From Candidatus Hydrogenedentota bacterium (GTDB lineage Bacteria > Hydrogenedentota > Hydrogenedentia > Hydrogenedentales > CAITNO01), in NCBI GenBank assembly GCA_033813475.1, contig JAPXRP010000002.1:1-55915 (forward strand): a DNA stretch of 55,915 nt. Direction: 5' to 3'. Within the stretch, counting starts at the first letter, position 1. Each line of letters begins with the position of its first letter. Both the position numbers and the translations under genes were made by a program. This document shows positions 21,778 to 30,073 of the stretch, one piece after another. The notes under the pieces were generated by a model. The model worked only from the letters and a program-made list of their open reading frames with translations. It was not told the origin of the DNA and ran no database searches.

Positions 21778-23190
21778 CTAGAAACCCATGATGAGCGGCG
21801 GGGGCGCGGGAAGGAGGGGCGGGGCCTCCGCCGTGGCGAACCAGTGGCGCAGCACCGCGCAGCGGTCGGCGTCTATGAGGTGGTCGCCCCCCTTGTCGAA
21901 GAGGACGCGGCCGCGCGCGCCGAGGGTGTAGGTGTGGGAGGCGTACTGGGCCTCGCGGTCGGGGCAGGGCGGGAAGACGAGGGTGCGCTCGGCCATGCGC
22001 CGCCGGAGGAGGTCGGTCATGAACTCCTTGGTGTGGCGGCGGGCGGGGGTGCCGTCGGGGAGGGTGGCGGTGTCGAGGACGCCGCCGAAGTCGTAGGCGT
22101 GGACGCGGGAGCACCAGTCGCCGCCGAGGGCCATGAGCCGGTGGGCCACGGCGCGGCCGTTGTTCCCCGCGTCTATGCCGAGGCCGGCGAAGCGCCAGCG
22201 GCGGTCGAGGTCCATGATCACGGACTCCTGGCGGGCGTAGTTGACCCCCTCCAGCCGCAGGCGGAACACGCCCACGAGGTGCGGGGGCGCGTCGCGATAG
22301 ATTACGAACTCCGACGGGTCGCGGGCGTAGCCGAGGTCCGCGCCGAGATAGTAGGCCCCCGGCCCCGGCGGGGGCGGCGGCGCGAAGGGCTCGTCCTCGC
22401 GCAGGACGCGGTCCGGCGCGCGCAGGGCGGGGTCCACGCAGGCGAGGTAGTCCTCCAGGGAGAACACGGCGGCGGAAGGCTCGCCGTGGAGGCCGAGGAC
22501 GCGGTGGAGGTAGCCGGGGGAGCTACGGCCGCCGTAGAGCCGGACGAGCTCGGCGTCCTTCTCGGGGGTGAAGTCCGGGTTGAGGAGGCTGGGCCAGTGG
22601 TGCCGCTCCACGGAGGGGTCCTGCGTCATGCGGTAAAAGGTGTTGCGCAGGCCGTTGGGCACGCCGTAGACCCAGCGGCGGCCGCCGCCGTTGAGCGACT
22701 GGAAGAGCTCGGCCCAGGAGGTCTCGGCCATCTCCTGCGCCTCGTCCACGATCTGCCAGTCCACGTGCATGCCCTGGAAGTTGACCCCGCGCGGCCCGGC
22801 GATGCGCCCCCAGAGCTGGAACCCGTTCTCAAAGCGGAAACTCCACGACGGGCTGCGGCGGCACTCGGCGAGGAGCTCGGCGAAGAGCGGGGTGCCCGTG
22901 AAGCGCCGGTGCAGGCGGTGCATGAGGGGCGACAGGTGGTTCTCAAACTGCGTGGCGATCATCATCTCCGTGCCCGGACGGTGGACGGCGGCCCAGCACG
23001 CGGTGATCTCGATCTCGGCGGTCTTGCCCACGTCGCGGCCGTCGCAGTGGACCTTGCGCGCCGCGTCCGACTCCAGCGAGGCGCGCTGATAGGGCCTCAC
23101 GATCCACGGGGTGCCGTGGCGGTCGGAGAGAAACACGCGGGCAAACGCCGCCCGCGAAGGCGGCGGCGGGGGCGCGGAGGGTGCGGGCAT
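21778..23190 (-). CDS. Phage terminase large subunit-like ATPase-nuclease (orphan)
   Basis: Walker A-like CDGRDVGKT and Walker B WQIVDEAQ. C-terminal RNase H-like nuclease acidic motifs: YLGADLGYARD, GIDAGNNG and DHLIDADRC. Start at ATG 23190; the TTG at 23238 lies inside a REP hairpin. Confidence 0.7.
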   Translation of the reverse strand: MPAPSAPPPPPSRAAFARVFLSDRHGTPWIVRPYQRASLESDAARKVHCDGRDVGKTAEIEITACWAAVHRPGTEMMIATQFENHLSPLMHRLHRRFTGTPLFAELLAECRRSPSWSFRFENGFQLWGRIAGPRGVNFQGMHVDWQIVDEAQEMAETSWAELFQSLNGGGRRWVYGVPNGLRNTFYRMTQDPSVERHHWPSLLNPDFTPEKDAELVRLYGGRSSPGYLHRVLGLHGEPSAAVFSLEDYLACVDPALRAPDRVLREDEPFAPPPPPGPGAYYLGADLGYARDPSEFVIYRDAPPHLVGVFRLRLEGVNYARQESVIMDLDRRWRFAGLGIDAGNNGRAVAHRLMALGGDWCSRVHAYDFGGVLDTATLPDGTPARRHTKEFMTDLLRRRMAERTLVFPPCPDREAQYASHTYTLGARGRVLFDKGGDHLIDADRCAVLRHWFATAEAPPLLPAPPPLIMGF

Positions 23191-23230
23191 GGGGGGAGTC
23201 CTTTGGGCGTGGGGGGGCGTTAAACACCTC

Positions 23231-23374
23231 GTTCCCAAGTTTTACTTGGGAACGCACTTGGCAGCGAAGCTCTGCTTCGTGATTCCTGCGGCGCAATGGA
23301 TTGCCTGCGAGAGCCGGAGCGAACGCAAAGCACAGCTTTGCACACAAGCGCGTTCCCAAGTAAAACTTGGGAAC
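23231..23374 (+). repeat. 144-bp composite palindromic REP unit, copy 1
   Basis: Terminal hairpins GTTCCCAAGTtttaACTTGGGAAC (23231-23253) and GTTCCCAAGTaaaaACTTGGGAAC (23352-23374) are reverse complements. The interior holds the hairpins cgaagctctgcttcg and gcaaagcacagctttgc. An extra half-site, gttacttgggaacgagg, lies at about 23387. Confidence 0.85.
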
Positions 23375-23469
23375 GAGGAGGCGGGTGTTACTTGGGAACG
23401 AGGAGGTGTGCGGAAAACGAGGGAGGAGAAGTTTGCCTTTCAAACGAGAGGCTGTTTTATACTCTGGCC

Positions 23470-24006
23470 ATGCGCAGCCGTTACCGCATCACGGAAGAAA
23501 ACCGGGTCTATTTTCTCACCTCAACGGTGGTCGAGTGGATTCCCGCTTTTCTTCTTCCCGAAACGCGGCGGGTGGTCGTGGACGCTCTGGTGTACTGCCG
23601 GAAGGAGAAAGGGCTGCGCCTCTACGCGTATGTGGTCATGGAAAACCATCTCCATCTGCTTGCCGAAGCCCCCGACCTTAGCCGCGTCATACAGTCGTTC
23701 AAGCGGCACACGGCGACCCGGGTCATGGAGGCCATAAGCAACGCGCGGCAAACGTGGATGCTGAATCAGTTCGCCTACTACCGGAAGAAGTACAAGGAGG
23801 AAAGCAGGCGTCAGTTCTGGCAGGAGGGGTCCCATCCCCAGCTTGTCGCCGGGATGGACATGCTGCGTCAGAAGGCGGACTACATCCACGCGAACCCCGT
23901 GCGCAGGGGATGGGTGGAGGCGCCCGAACACTGGCGGTATTCATCGGCGCGGAACTACCTCCTGGGGGACGACTCGGTTTTGGAGATTGATCCCGTCGAG
24001 TGGTGA
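23470..24006 (+). CDS. REP-associated tyrosine transposase (RAYT, IS200/IS605 Y1 HUH family)
   Basis: HUH motif MENHLHLL and catalytic Tyr context KADYIHANPVRRG, followed by WRYSSARNYL, which is typical of RAYTs. GC is lower than the flanks. Start at ATG 23470. Confidence 0.85.
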   Translation: MRSRYRITEENRVYFLTSTVVEWIPAFLLPETRRVVVDALVYCRKEKGLRLYAYVVMENHLHLLAEAPDLSRVIQSFKRHTATRVMEAISNARQTWMLNQFAYYRKKYKEESRRQFWQEGSHPQLVAGMDMLRQKADYIHANPVRRGWVEAPEHWRYSSARNYLLGDDSVLEIDPVEW

Positions 24007-24056
24007 ACCGGGGATCCGCTGTAGGCACCCCCGCCCCCTCGTTCCCTCGCCCCCTC

Positions 24057-24200
24057 GTTCCCAAGTTTTACTTGGGAACGCACTTGGCAGCGAAGCTCTG
24101 CTTCGTGATTCCTGCGGCGCAATGGATTGCCTGCGAGAGCCGGAGCGAACGCAAAGCACAGCTTTGCAGACAAGCGCGTTCCCAAGTAAAACTTGGGAAC
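24057..24200 (+). repeat. 144-bp composite palindromic REP unit, copy 2
   Basis: Same sequence and orientation as 23231-23374 with one mismatch. Confidence 0.85.
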
Positions 24201-24230
24201 GAGGAGGAGAGAGTCGGAGCGAAGGTGCCC

Positions 24231-24689
24231 CTACGGCAGCCAGACCTTGACGTTGGCGCGGCGGCGGCCCCATTCGAGGGCCTTCTTGTGGCTGGGGAAG
24301 TAGATGTCTATCTTGTTCGCGCCCTTCATGGCGGAACCGCGGTCCTCGACGCGGCCGTAGCCGTAGCCGGGGATGTACATGACGGTGCCGAAGGGGTAGT
24401 GGCCGGTGTCGGCGGCGATGGTGCCTTTCCTGGCCTTGCGGCCGGAGGCGGTGATGCCGACTTTTTTGGGCTGGCCCTTGCTGGGGCCGGAGGCGACCAC
24501 GGGCTTGAAGAGCCAGTTGCGCTTCCAGTTGCAGCACTTTTTGCAGGAGCAGTAGGCGCTGATGGACATCTCGCGGACGGAGGCTTTGCTGCGGGAGGAG
24601 GGCCGTGGACCCCGGGCGCAGCCGCCGAGAAGGAGCAGGGCCGCCAGAAGGAGACAGGAGGCGGAAAACCACAAGATGTTGTGTTTCAT
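24231..24689 (-). CDS. 3D-domain (MltA/RlpA-like) lipoprotein
   Basis: Lipobox LLLGGC. SAYCSCKKCC...GITASG...GTIAAD...PFGTVMYIPGYG...VEDRGSAMKG..IDIYF is the 3D-domain pattern. Start at ATG 24689. Confidence 0.8.
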   Translation of the reverse strand: MKHNILWFSASCLLLAALLLLGGCARGPRPSSRSKASVREMSISAYCSCKKCCNWKRNWLFKPVVASGPSKGQPKKVGITASGRKARKGTIAADTGHYPFGTVMYIPGYGYGRVEDRGSAMKGANKIDIYFPSHKKALEWGRRRANVKVWLP

Positions 24690-24743
24690 GGGAGGTAGTC
24701 TACCGGGAGTGGGGGAAAATGTCAATAGTTTTCCTCTGGGGGC

Positions 24744-24907
24744 ACAGACGAACACGGACTTGCGCAGACGGACACGGACAATAAAGACCCTTAAGGGCGC
24801 GCGCTTGGGCGCGCGGGGCCAAGCTGGAGCTTGGCGATCCCAGGGGGCGCGGACCGGCGTCCTACAGGTTGCTCCCCGGGGTTCCTCGTCCGTGTCTGTC
24901 CGTGTTC
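24744..24907. repeat. MITE/REP-like element with terminal inverted repeats and two internal perfect hairpins
   Basis: The left arm (gaacacggac...gacggacacggac, about 24750-24779) is the reverse complement of the right arm (gtccgtgtctgtccgtgttc, 24888-24907). Internal hairpins are cgcgcgcttgggcgcgcg and CCAAGCTggAGCTTGG (24819-24834). The latter shares the CCAAG/CTTGG core of the RAYT REP hairpin. Confidence 0.45.
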
Positions 24908-24910
24908 TCC

Positions 24911-24955
24911 CGAAAAGAAAGAAGAACGGCCCGCACTTGTGGGCGCGGGCCGTTT
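24911..24955 (-). terminator. Rho-independent terminator of the 28276->24976 operon
   Basis: 10-bp perfect stem: aacggcccgc (24925-24934) pairs with gcgggccgtt (24945-24954). On the - strand it is followed by the T-rich tract ttcttctttcttttc. It begins 21 nt after the cupin gene stop. Confidence 0.65.
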
Positions 24956-24975
24956 CAGGGGGCTGTTTGGGGGTC

Positions 24976-26193
24976 TTACTGGAGCACGAGGTCGGGGTTG
25001 CCGGGGCCGAAGTGCTTGAGCATGACGATGGGGTCGGTCTTGCTGGGGTTGGTGATGACGACGCCCTCCTTTGCGGCGCTCTCGGAGACGAAGAACTCGT
25101 CGTGCGTGAGCTGGCCGAAGCGGATGAGGGCGGGGGACTCGATGTCCCAGGCGCCCATGGTGCCGTGTCCCTGGAGGACGATGCAGCCGTAGGCGGCGGC
25201 GTCGCGGACGGTGACGGTGGCGCCGGGGAGGATGGTGAGCTCCTTGGCGCTGAAGGCGTCGGACTTGTAGCAGATCCACTGGTCCACGTATCCGGCGGCC
25301 CTCATCTCGTCGAGGGGCTTCACGGGCAGGGGCCGCATGAAGCGCTTGGCGGCAAAGTTCGGGTCGGTGTTCATCTCCCAGTCAATGACCTCGACGAGGT
25401 AGTCCACGTCGCCCTTGCGCTCGCCGGGGGTGTCCTTCCAGAGCAGCTCCTCGGGGACGATCTGGTCGCCGGTGAGGGACTGGTACATGGCGAAGACGTC
25501 GGAGGCCTTCTGGGGCTCGTAGGTGCAGAGGCTGCCGGGGGCGTGGAGCACGCCGGGGGGGACGTCCCAGCCGGTGCCGGGCTCGAGGCGGAAGGCCTGG
25601 GACAGGTTGGTGAGCTTGTTGTCGCCCTTGATGAAGTCCTTGAGGGCCTGGCGGACCTGGTCCTTCGAGACGCCGGGCTGGATGCCGAAGAAGGTGTAGG
25701 GGAAGTCGCCGCCGTGGTTGTTGAGCTGGGTCGGGAAGAAGTAGGCCTCGGGCTTTCCGAGCTGGCCGACCTTCGCGGCGTGGTCGTCGTCGTGGTGGAT
25801 GTGGTGCGGGAGCGCGCCCTTGTTGTCGAAGAACTTCGAGTACATGGGCCAGCGGCCGTATTCGTCCCAGATGCGGCCGCCGATGAGGGCGCCCTTGAGG
25901 TCGGCCACGGCGTCGCGCAGGAGAACCTGCCTCGTCTCGCCGCCGTCCTCGAACACGATGAAGCTGAGGCCCTCGTTGGGGCTCGTGAGGGGGCCGTTGT
26001 CGGCGGGGGTGGTGGACGAGAACCAGCGCTCGTCAATGCCGCCGCGCACGCCGCCGAGGGCGTAGTAGTCGTCCGGGTGCAGCTTGATGCGGCGTCCGGG
26101 GACGCAGAAGGACCGGGGCACCCACGCGGGGGCGAGGCGGACGACGCCCTTTCCCTGTTCCAGTGCCATTTCCGCCAGGTTCTTGGTGCTCAT
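24976..26193 (-). CDS. Type I phosphomannose-isomerase-like cupin protein
   Basis: PMYSKFFDNKGALPHHIHHDDDHAAKVGQLGKPEAYFF aligns to the PMI class I metal site pattern (..K..D....LS.QVHPDD..A....GK.E.WY). Start at ATG 26193 (MSTKNLAEM). The 152 upstream codons overlap the next gene and are rejected. Confidence 0.65.
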   Translation of the reverse strand: MSTKNLAEMALEQGKGVVRLAPAWVPRSFCVPGRRIKLHPDDYYALGGVRGGIDERWFSSTTPADNGPLTSPNEGLSFIVFEDGGETRQVLLRDAVADLKGALIGGRIWDEYGRWPMYSKFFDNKGALPHHIHHDDDHAAKVGQLGKPEAYFFPTQLNNHGGDFPYTFFGIQPGVSKDQVRQALKDFIKGDNKLTNLSQAFRLEPGTGWDVPPGVLHAPGSLCTYEPQKASDVFAMYQSLTGDQIVPEELLWKDTPGERKGDVDYLVEVIDWEMNTDPNFAAKRFMRPLPVKPLDEMRAAGYVDQWICYKSDAFSAKELTILPGATVTVRDAAAYGCIVLQGHGTMGAWDIESPALIRFGQLTHDEFFVSESAAKEGVVITNPSKTDPIVMLKHFGPGNPDLVLQ

Positions 26194-26215
26194 GTCGGGG
26201 TTTCCTTTCGCGGCG

Positions 26216-27355
26216 TCAGGCGCCGACGGTTTTCCAGGTTTCGGTTTTCGCGGAGTCGAGGACGGCGTCGCAGACGTACTGCGTCTCGAGGGCGTCGCGG
26301 AAGTTGGGGCGCACGGGCACGCCGGAGGCCAGCCCGCCGAGGAAGTCGGCGAGGGCGTTGATGAAGGTGTGCTCGTAGCCGATGACGCACCCGGGCACCC
26401 ACCAGTGGCCCATGTAGGGGTGGTCGGAGTCCGTGACGAGGATGGTGCGCCATCCGCGGGACTGCGAGTCGTTGCGGTGGTCGAAGTACTGGAGCTGGTG
26501 GGCGTCCTCGAGGTCGAAGTAGAGGGAGCCGAGCTCGCCGTTGACCTCGAAGGTGTTCTGGTTCTTGCGGCCGCGGGCGTAGCGCGTGGACTCGAAGGTG
26601 GCGAGGGCGCCGTTCTTGAAGCGCGCGAGGAAGGCGCAGGCATCGTCAATGGTGACGGACTTGACGGTGCCCGGGGCGTCCTGGAGGGGGCGCTCCTTGA
26701 TGAAGGTTTCGGTCATGGCGCAGACCTTGTCCACGCCGCCGATGAGCCAGAGGGCCGTGTCAATGCTGTGGGCGAGGAGGTCGCCCGTGACGCCGCTGCC
26801 GGCCACGTCGGCGTCGAGGCGCCAGAGGGCCGCGCCGCCCTGGGGCAGGTCGGGGCTGATGGTCCAGTCCTGGAGGTACTTGGCGCGGTAGTGGAAGACG
26901 CGGCCGAGGCGGCCCTCGTCCATGAACTGCTTGGCGAGGGTGATGGCGGGCACGCGGCGGTAGTTGAACCACACCATGTTGGGGACGCCGGCCTTCTCGA
27001 CGGCCTCGGTCATCTCGAGGCCCTCGGCGGCGCTCATGGCCAGGGGCTTCTCGCAGAGGATCATCTTTCCGGCCTTGGCGGCGGCCAGGACGATGTCGCG
27101 GTGGGTGTTGTTGGGGCTGCCGATGTCAATGGCGTCAATGTCGTCGCGCTCGATTAGTTTGCGCCAGTCGGTCTCGACGCTTTCCCAGCCCCAGTTGTCG
27201 GCGAAGGCCTTGACTTTGTCGGCGCTGCGGGCGCAGACCGCCTTGAGCACCGGCTGGTACTCCAGGTCGAAGAAGCGGTTGACCTTCAGATAGGCGTTCG
27301 AGTGGGCGCGGCCCATGAAGCCGTAGCCGATGAGCCCGATGTTCAGTTTCTTCAT
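26216..27355 (-). CDS. Gfo/Idh/MocA-family NAD(P)-dependent oxidoreductase
   Basis: N-terminal Rossmann motif [22 protein letters not shown] and the EKP motif ILCEKPLA. Confidence 0.9.
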   Translation of the reverse strand: MKKLNIGLIGYGFMGRAHSNAYLKVNRFFDLEYQPVLKAVCARSADKVKAFADNWGWESVETDWRKLIERDDIDAIDIGSPNNTHRDIVLAAAKAGKMILCEKPLAMSAAEGLEMTEAVEKAGVPNMVWFNYRRVPAITLAKQFMDEGRLGRVFHYRAKYLQDWTISPDLPQGGAALWRLDADVAGSGVTGDLLAHSIDTALWLIGGVDKVCAMTETFIKERPLQDAPGTVKSVTIDDACAFLARFKNGALATFESTRYARGRKNQNTFEVNGELGSLYFDLEDAHQLQYFDHRNDSQSRGWRTILVTDSDHPYMGHWWVPGCVIGYEHTFINALADFLGGLASGVPVRPNFRDALETQYVCDAVLDSAKTETWKTVGA

Positions 27356-27376
27356 GGTTCGGTTCTCCCCGCCCCC

Positions 27377-28276
27377 TCAGGAGGCGAATTTCCGGTTGAG
27401 CTCGTCAATGGCCCGCTTGCACTGCGCGGTGACCGCCCACGCGTCGGGCCAGAAGCACAGGTCAATGGTCCACCAGTCGTGCGGCACGCCCGACTGGAGC
27501 AGTTCCGGGATGAGGGTGTCGTAGTCGAGGATGCCGTCGCCGAAGGGGGCGTGCGTGCTCGTCTCGTCGCCGTGCAGGGTGCCGTCGGAGTCAATCAGGT
27601 GCAGGTGGTTGATCTTGCCGCGCAGTTTTTGGGCGAGCTCCAGGGCGCCGCCGGGCAGCGTCTCCTTCTCCCCGGGCTGGCGCGCGCCGACGGCCGCGAC
27701 CATGTGGGCGTGGCAGGTGTCGTACATGATCCCGAAGTTCGGGTGGTCCACCTCCTCCACGATGCCGATGATGTCCGACGGCTTGTTGAACGCGAAGCCC
27801 GGCTCGAACTCCCAGGTGACATAGACGCCCTCATCGGCGGCGTCCTTCGCGCACTGGCGCCAGGTGCGCACGGCGCGGTCGCGGGCCGTGGCGTAGTCCA
27901 CGGTGTCAAAAATCGTCGGCGGCTGCACGGCGTCCACGCGGATGCCGGGGATGCCCATGTCCACGCAGAAGGCCAGGTTCTTGCGGAACTCGGCGAGGTA
28001 GGCGGCGTTGTCCTCCGCATCCAGCAGATGCTCGCCCCAGAGGTTGGCGGCGAGGCCCGAGAAGGCCAGGCCCGCGTCCTTCACCTTCTGGGCGCATTCC
28101 CGGCGCCCCTCCTTGGTCGGAAGATTGTCCGGGTGGGGGTGGATGCCGAAACCGCCCAGCTCCAGGCCGTCAAAGCGCAGCGCGGCGAGCTTGGTCACCA
28201 CCTCGTCCCACGGCACCGGATTGTCCGCATACGGCCCAATCGTGTACGCCCACGTTCCAATCGAAATCTTCTTCAT
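27377..28276 (-). CDS. Sugar phosphate isomerase/epimerase (xylose-isomerase-like TIM barrel)
   Basis: FDGLELGGFG..., WEFEPGF, DTCHAHM and HLHLIDSDG fit the AP-endonuclease-2/xylose-isomerase-like TIM barrel metal-ligand pattern. Confidence 0.85.
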   Translation of the reverse strand: MKKISIGTWAYTIGPYADNPVPWDEVVTKLAALRFDGLELGGFGIHPHPDNLPTKEGRRECAQKVKDAGLAFSGLAANLWGEHLLDAEDNAAYLAEFRKNLAFCVDMGIPGIRVDAVQPPTIFDTVDYATARDRAVRTWRQCAKDAADEGVYVTWEFEPGFAFNKPSDIIGIVEEVDHPNFGIMYDTCHAHMVAAVGARQPGEKETLPGGALELAQKLRGKINHLHLIDSDGTLHGDETSTHAPFGDGILDYDTLIPELLQSGVPHDWWTIDLCFWPDAWAVTAQCKRAIDELNRKFAS

Positions 28277-28613
28277 GGCTAGAGCCTCTCCTGGTTGTGC
28301 CTGTTGTCCAAAAAGCCGCCCCCTATACTAGCAAATGCGGCCCCGTTTCCAAAATTGTCCAGCAGCCCCAACAGGGCAATCGCACTCAAATCCATGGGCG
28401 CTCTTGGGATGGAGTCCGGTGATTGCCCGTTGTCCGGCCTCTTCAACGCTGAAAGCGTTGCCGCATATAGCCCAGGCCAGGCCGCCGCCCGAAGGGCCAG
28501 GCCTGCCCTGGGGTGCCCGCGCAGAACAGCCATGCCCCAAGGGGGCAGCCGAAACTAGAGCAGTTTAAGGTTAAGGTGCGGCATTTCCAAGAGGACGTCC
28601 AGGAAGCACACCG

Positions 28614-28692
28614 AGGTGGCACGGGCTTCCAGCCCGTGACTTGGGTCATGGATGCAGCCCAAGAAACACGGGCTGGAAGCCCGTGCCACCTC
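28614..28692. repeat. 79-bp nested-palindrome REP/MITE-like unit (family 2, copy B)
   Basis: GAGGTGGCACGGGCTTCCAGCCCGTG...CACGGGCTGGAAGCCCGTGCCACCTC. About 93% identical to 13601-13681. Confidence 0.8.
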
Positions 28693-28962
28693 AAAGCCCG
28701 TCCCCGCCATCTTCCTTCCGATATGGAATTTCAACCTTGAAATGCCCTAGGGCGGGGGCGCCGCGCCGGCCTTGGGGAAACGCGCGGCCACGGTCCTTTC
28801 TCGCGGGCCCCCGCGCGGGCAAGCCCACGCGAAGAAAGGCGGCAGCAAGCTGCCGCACTCCAAGGCGCTGCGCGCCGCGCGGACCCGGGGCTGCGGTAAT
28901 GGGCGGCGGTGCCGGAAAAAGGCAGGCGCGGTGTCCTGGGAGGGTTGCCGCAGCGGAGGGCC

Positions 28963-28991
28963 TTGCGCAGCCCCTTGTTTTGTGCTATGAT
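28963..28991 (+). promoter_or_regulatory. Sigma-70-type promoter TTGCGC-N17-TATGAT (extended -10 TGc) for the MarR-GNAT gene
   Basis: Hexamers at 28963-28968 and 28986-28991 with exactly 17-nt spacing. GGAGG SD at 29016-29020, 6 nt before ATG 29027. Confidence 0.5.
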
Positions 28992-29026
28992 GTTTTGAAC
29001 CGAAAAGAAATATTTGGAGGTATTCT

Positions 29027-30073
29027 ATGTCCTTGACCGACAGTGACGCGTTGCTTTCGGAATTGCGCAAGATAGTGCGGGCGCTGGACTTGCACTCGCG
29101 CTGGCTGAACAAGTCGTTTGCCCTGACGGGGCCGCAATTGGTCTGTCTTACCCAAATCGGGCGGCAGGAGGGGTTGACGATCGGGGAATTGGCGCGCCAG
29201 ACGAGCCTGAGCTGCGCCACGGCCACGGGGATTGTGGACCGGCTGGAGCAGCGGGGGCTGGTCGTGCGCGACCGGAACGGCAAAGACCGGCGGCAGGTGC
29301 GCCTGAACCTGACGGAGGAGGGCCGGCTCCTGTCGGAGCGGCGCCCGCCGCTGCTGCAGGAAACCTTTCTGGCGTCTCTGGATCAACTGGGGGCCGGGGA
29401 GAAGCAGCGGATGCTGGAGGGGCTGCGGCGGCTGGCCGGCATGATGACGGGCATGGTCGAGGAGCGTCTGCCGAAAGATTTCACCGCGCCGCAGGGCGCG
29501 GGGGCGGCCCCGGCGGAGCCGCCGCTGGCGGAGACGGCGTCGCCCGCGGGGTTTCTGGAGTCCTGCCGCATGCTGATGCCGGCTTCGGACGGTCCGGCGC
29601 CGCCGTCGAGTCCGGAAATCGTGGAAATCCGCCGTCCAGCCGAGCTGGAGGCCCAGATGCCCCTGGACGACCTGGTCGCCTTCCTGCACGAGCATCTGAA
29701 GCCCTACGAAGACACCCCGCCGGACATCCGGGCGGGGGTGGAATACGCGCTTTCAGACGCCCCGGGCCGGGGGGGCGTTGTGCTGCTGGCCCGGGAGGGG
29801 GGCGCGCCCGCGGGCGCGCTGGTGCTGCTGAACACGGGCATGGCGGGCTATGTGCCGCCGAGGCTGCTGCTGTTTGTGGCGGTGCGGGGGGACCTGCGCG
29901 GGCGGGGGATCGGCGCGGCGCTGGTTCGGCGGGCCCAGGCCCTTTCCGGCGGCGACATCAAGCTGCATGTGGAGTATGACAACCCCGCGCGGCGGCTCTA
30001 TGAACGCCTTGGTTTCATGGGCAAATACGCGGAGATGAGGTGGGCCCATGAGCCGTGTCATCATCAGTCTTGA
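29027..30073 (+). CDS. MarR-type winged-helix regulator fused to a GNAT N-acetyltransferase
   Basis: N-terminal MarR pattern LTGPQLVCLTQIGRQEGLTIGELARQTSLSCATATGIVDRLEQRGLVVRDRNGKDRRQVRLNLTEEG. C-terminal GNAT acetyl-CoA motif RGRGIGAALVRRA...ARRLYERLGF. Confidence 0.8.
   Translation: MSLTDSDALLSELRKIVRALDLHSRWLNKSFALTGPQLVCLTQIGRQEGLTIGELARQTSLSCATATGIVDRLEQRGLVVRDRNGKDRRQVRLNLTEEGRLLSERRPPLLQETFLASLDQLGAGEKQRMLEGLRRLAGMMTGMVEERLPKDFTAPQGAGAAPAEPPLAETASPAGFLESCRMLMPASDGPAPPSSPEIVEIRRPAELEAQMPLDDLVAFLHEHLKPYEDTPPDIRAGVEYALSDAPGRGGVVLLAREGGAPAGALVLLNTGMAGYVPPRLLLFVAVRGDLRGRGIGAALVRRAQALSGGDIKLHVEYDNPARRLYERLGFMGKYAEMRWAHEPCHHQS

Larger units (their letters stand above)
23231..24200 (+). mobile_element. 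REPtron-like unit: RAYT gene bracketed by two direct copies of a 144-bp palindromic REP unit
   Basis: See the component features. The two units occupy 23231-23374 and 24057-24200 in the same orientation and differ by 1 nt (gcaCacaagcgc vs gcaGacaagcgc). Confidence 0.75.

Noticed and set aside
22943-24672. ORFs 22943..23443(-), 23111..23737(+), 23955..24185(-), 24000..24698(+) and 23941..24672(-) running through the REP units, with peptides such as PKFYLGTHLAAKLCF and LGTRLCAKLCFAF.
   Set aside because: They are translations of the palindromic repeat itself. The same peptide appears on both strands and at both copies. They have no start context and overlap the real RAYT and 3D-domain genes.
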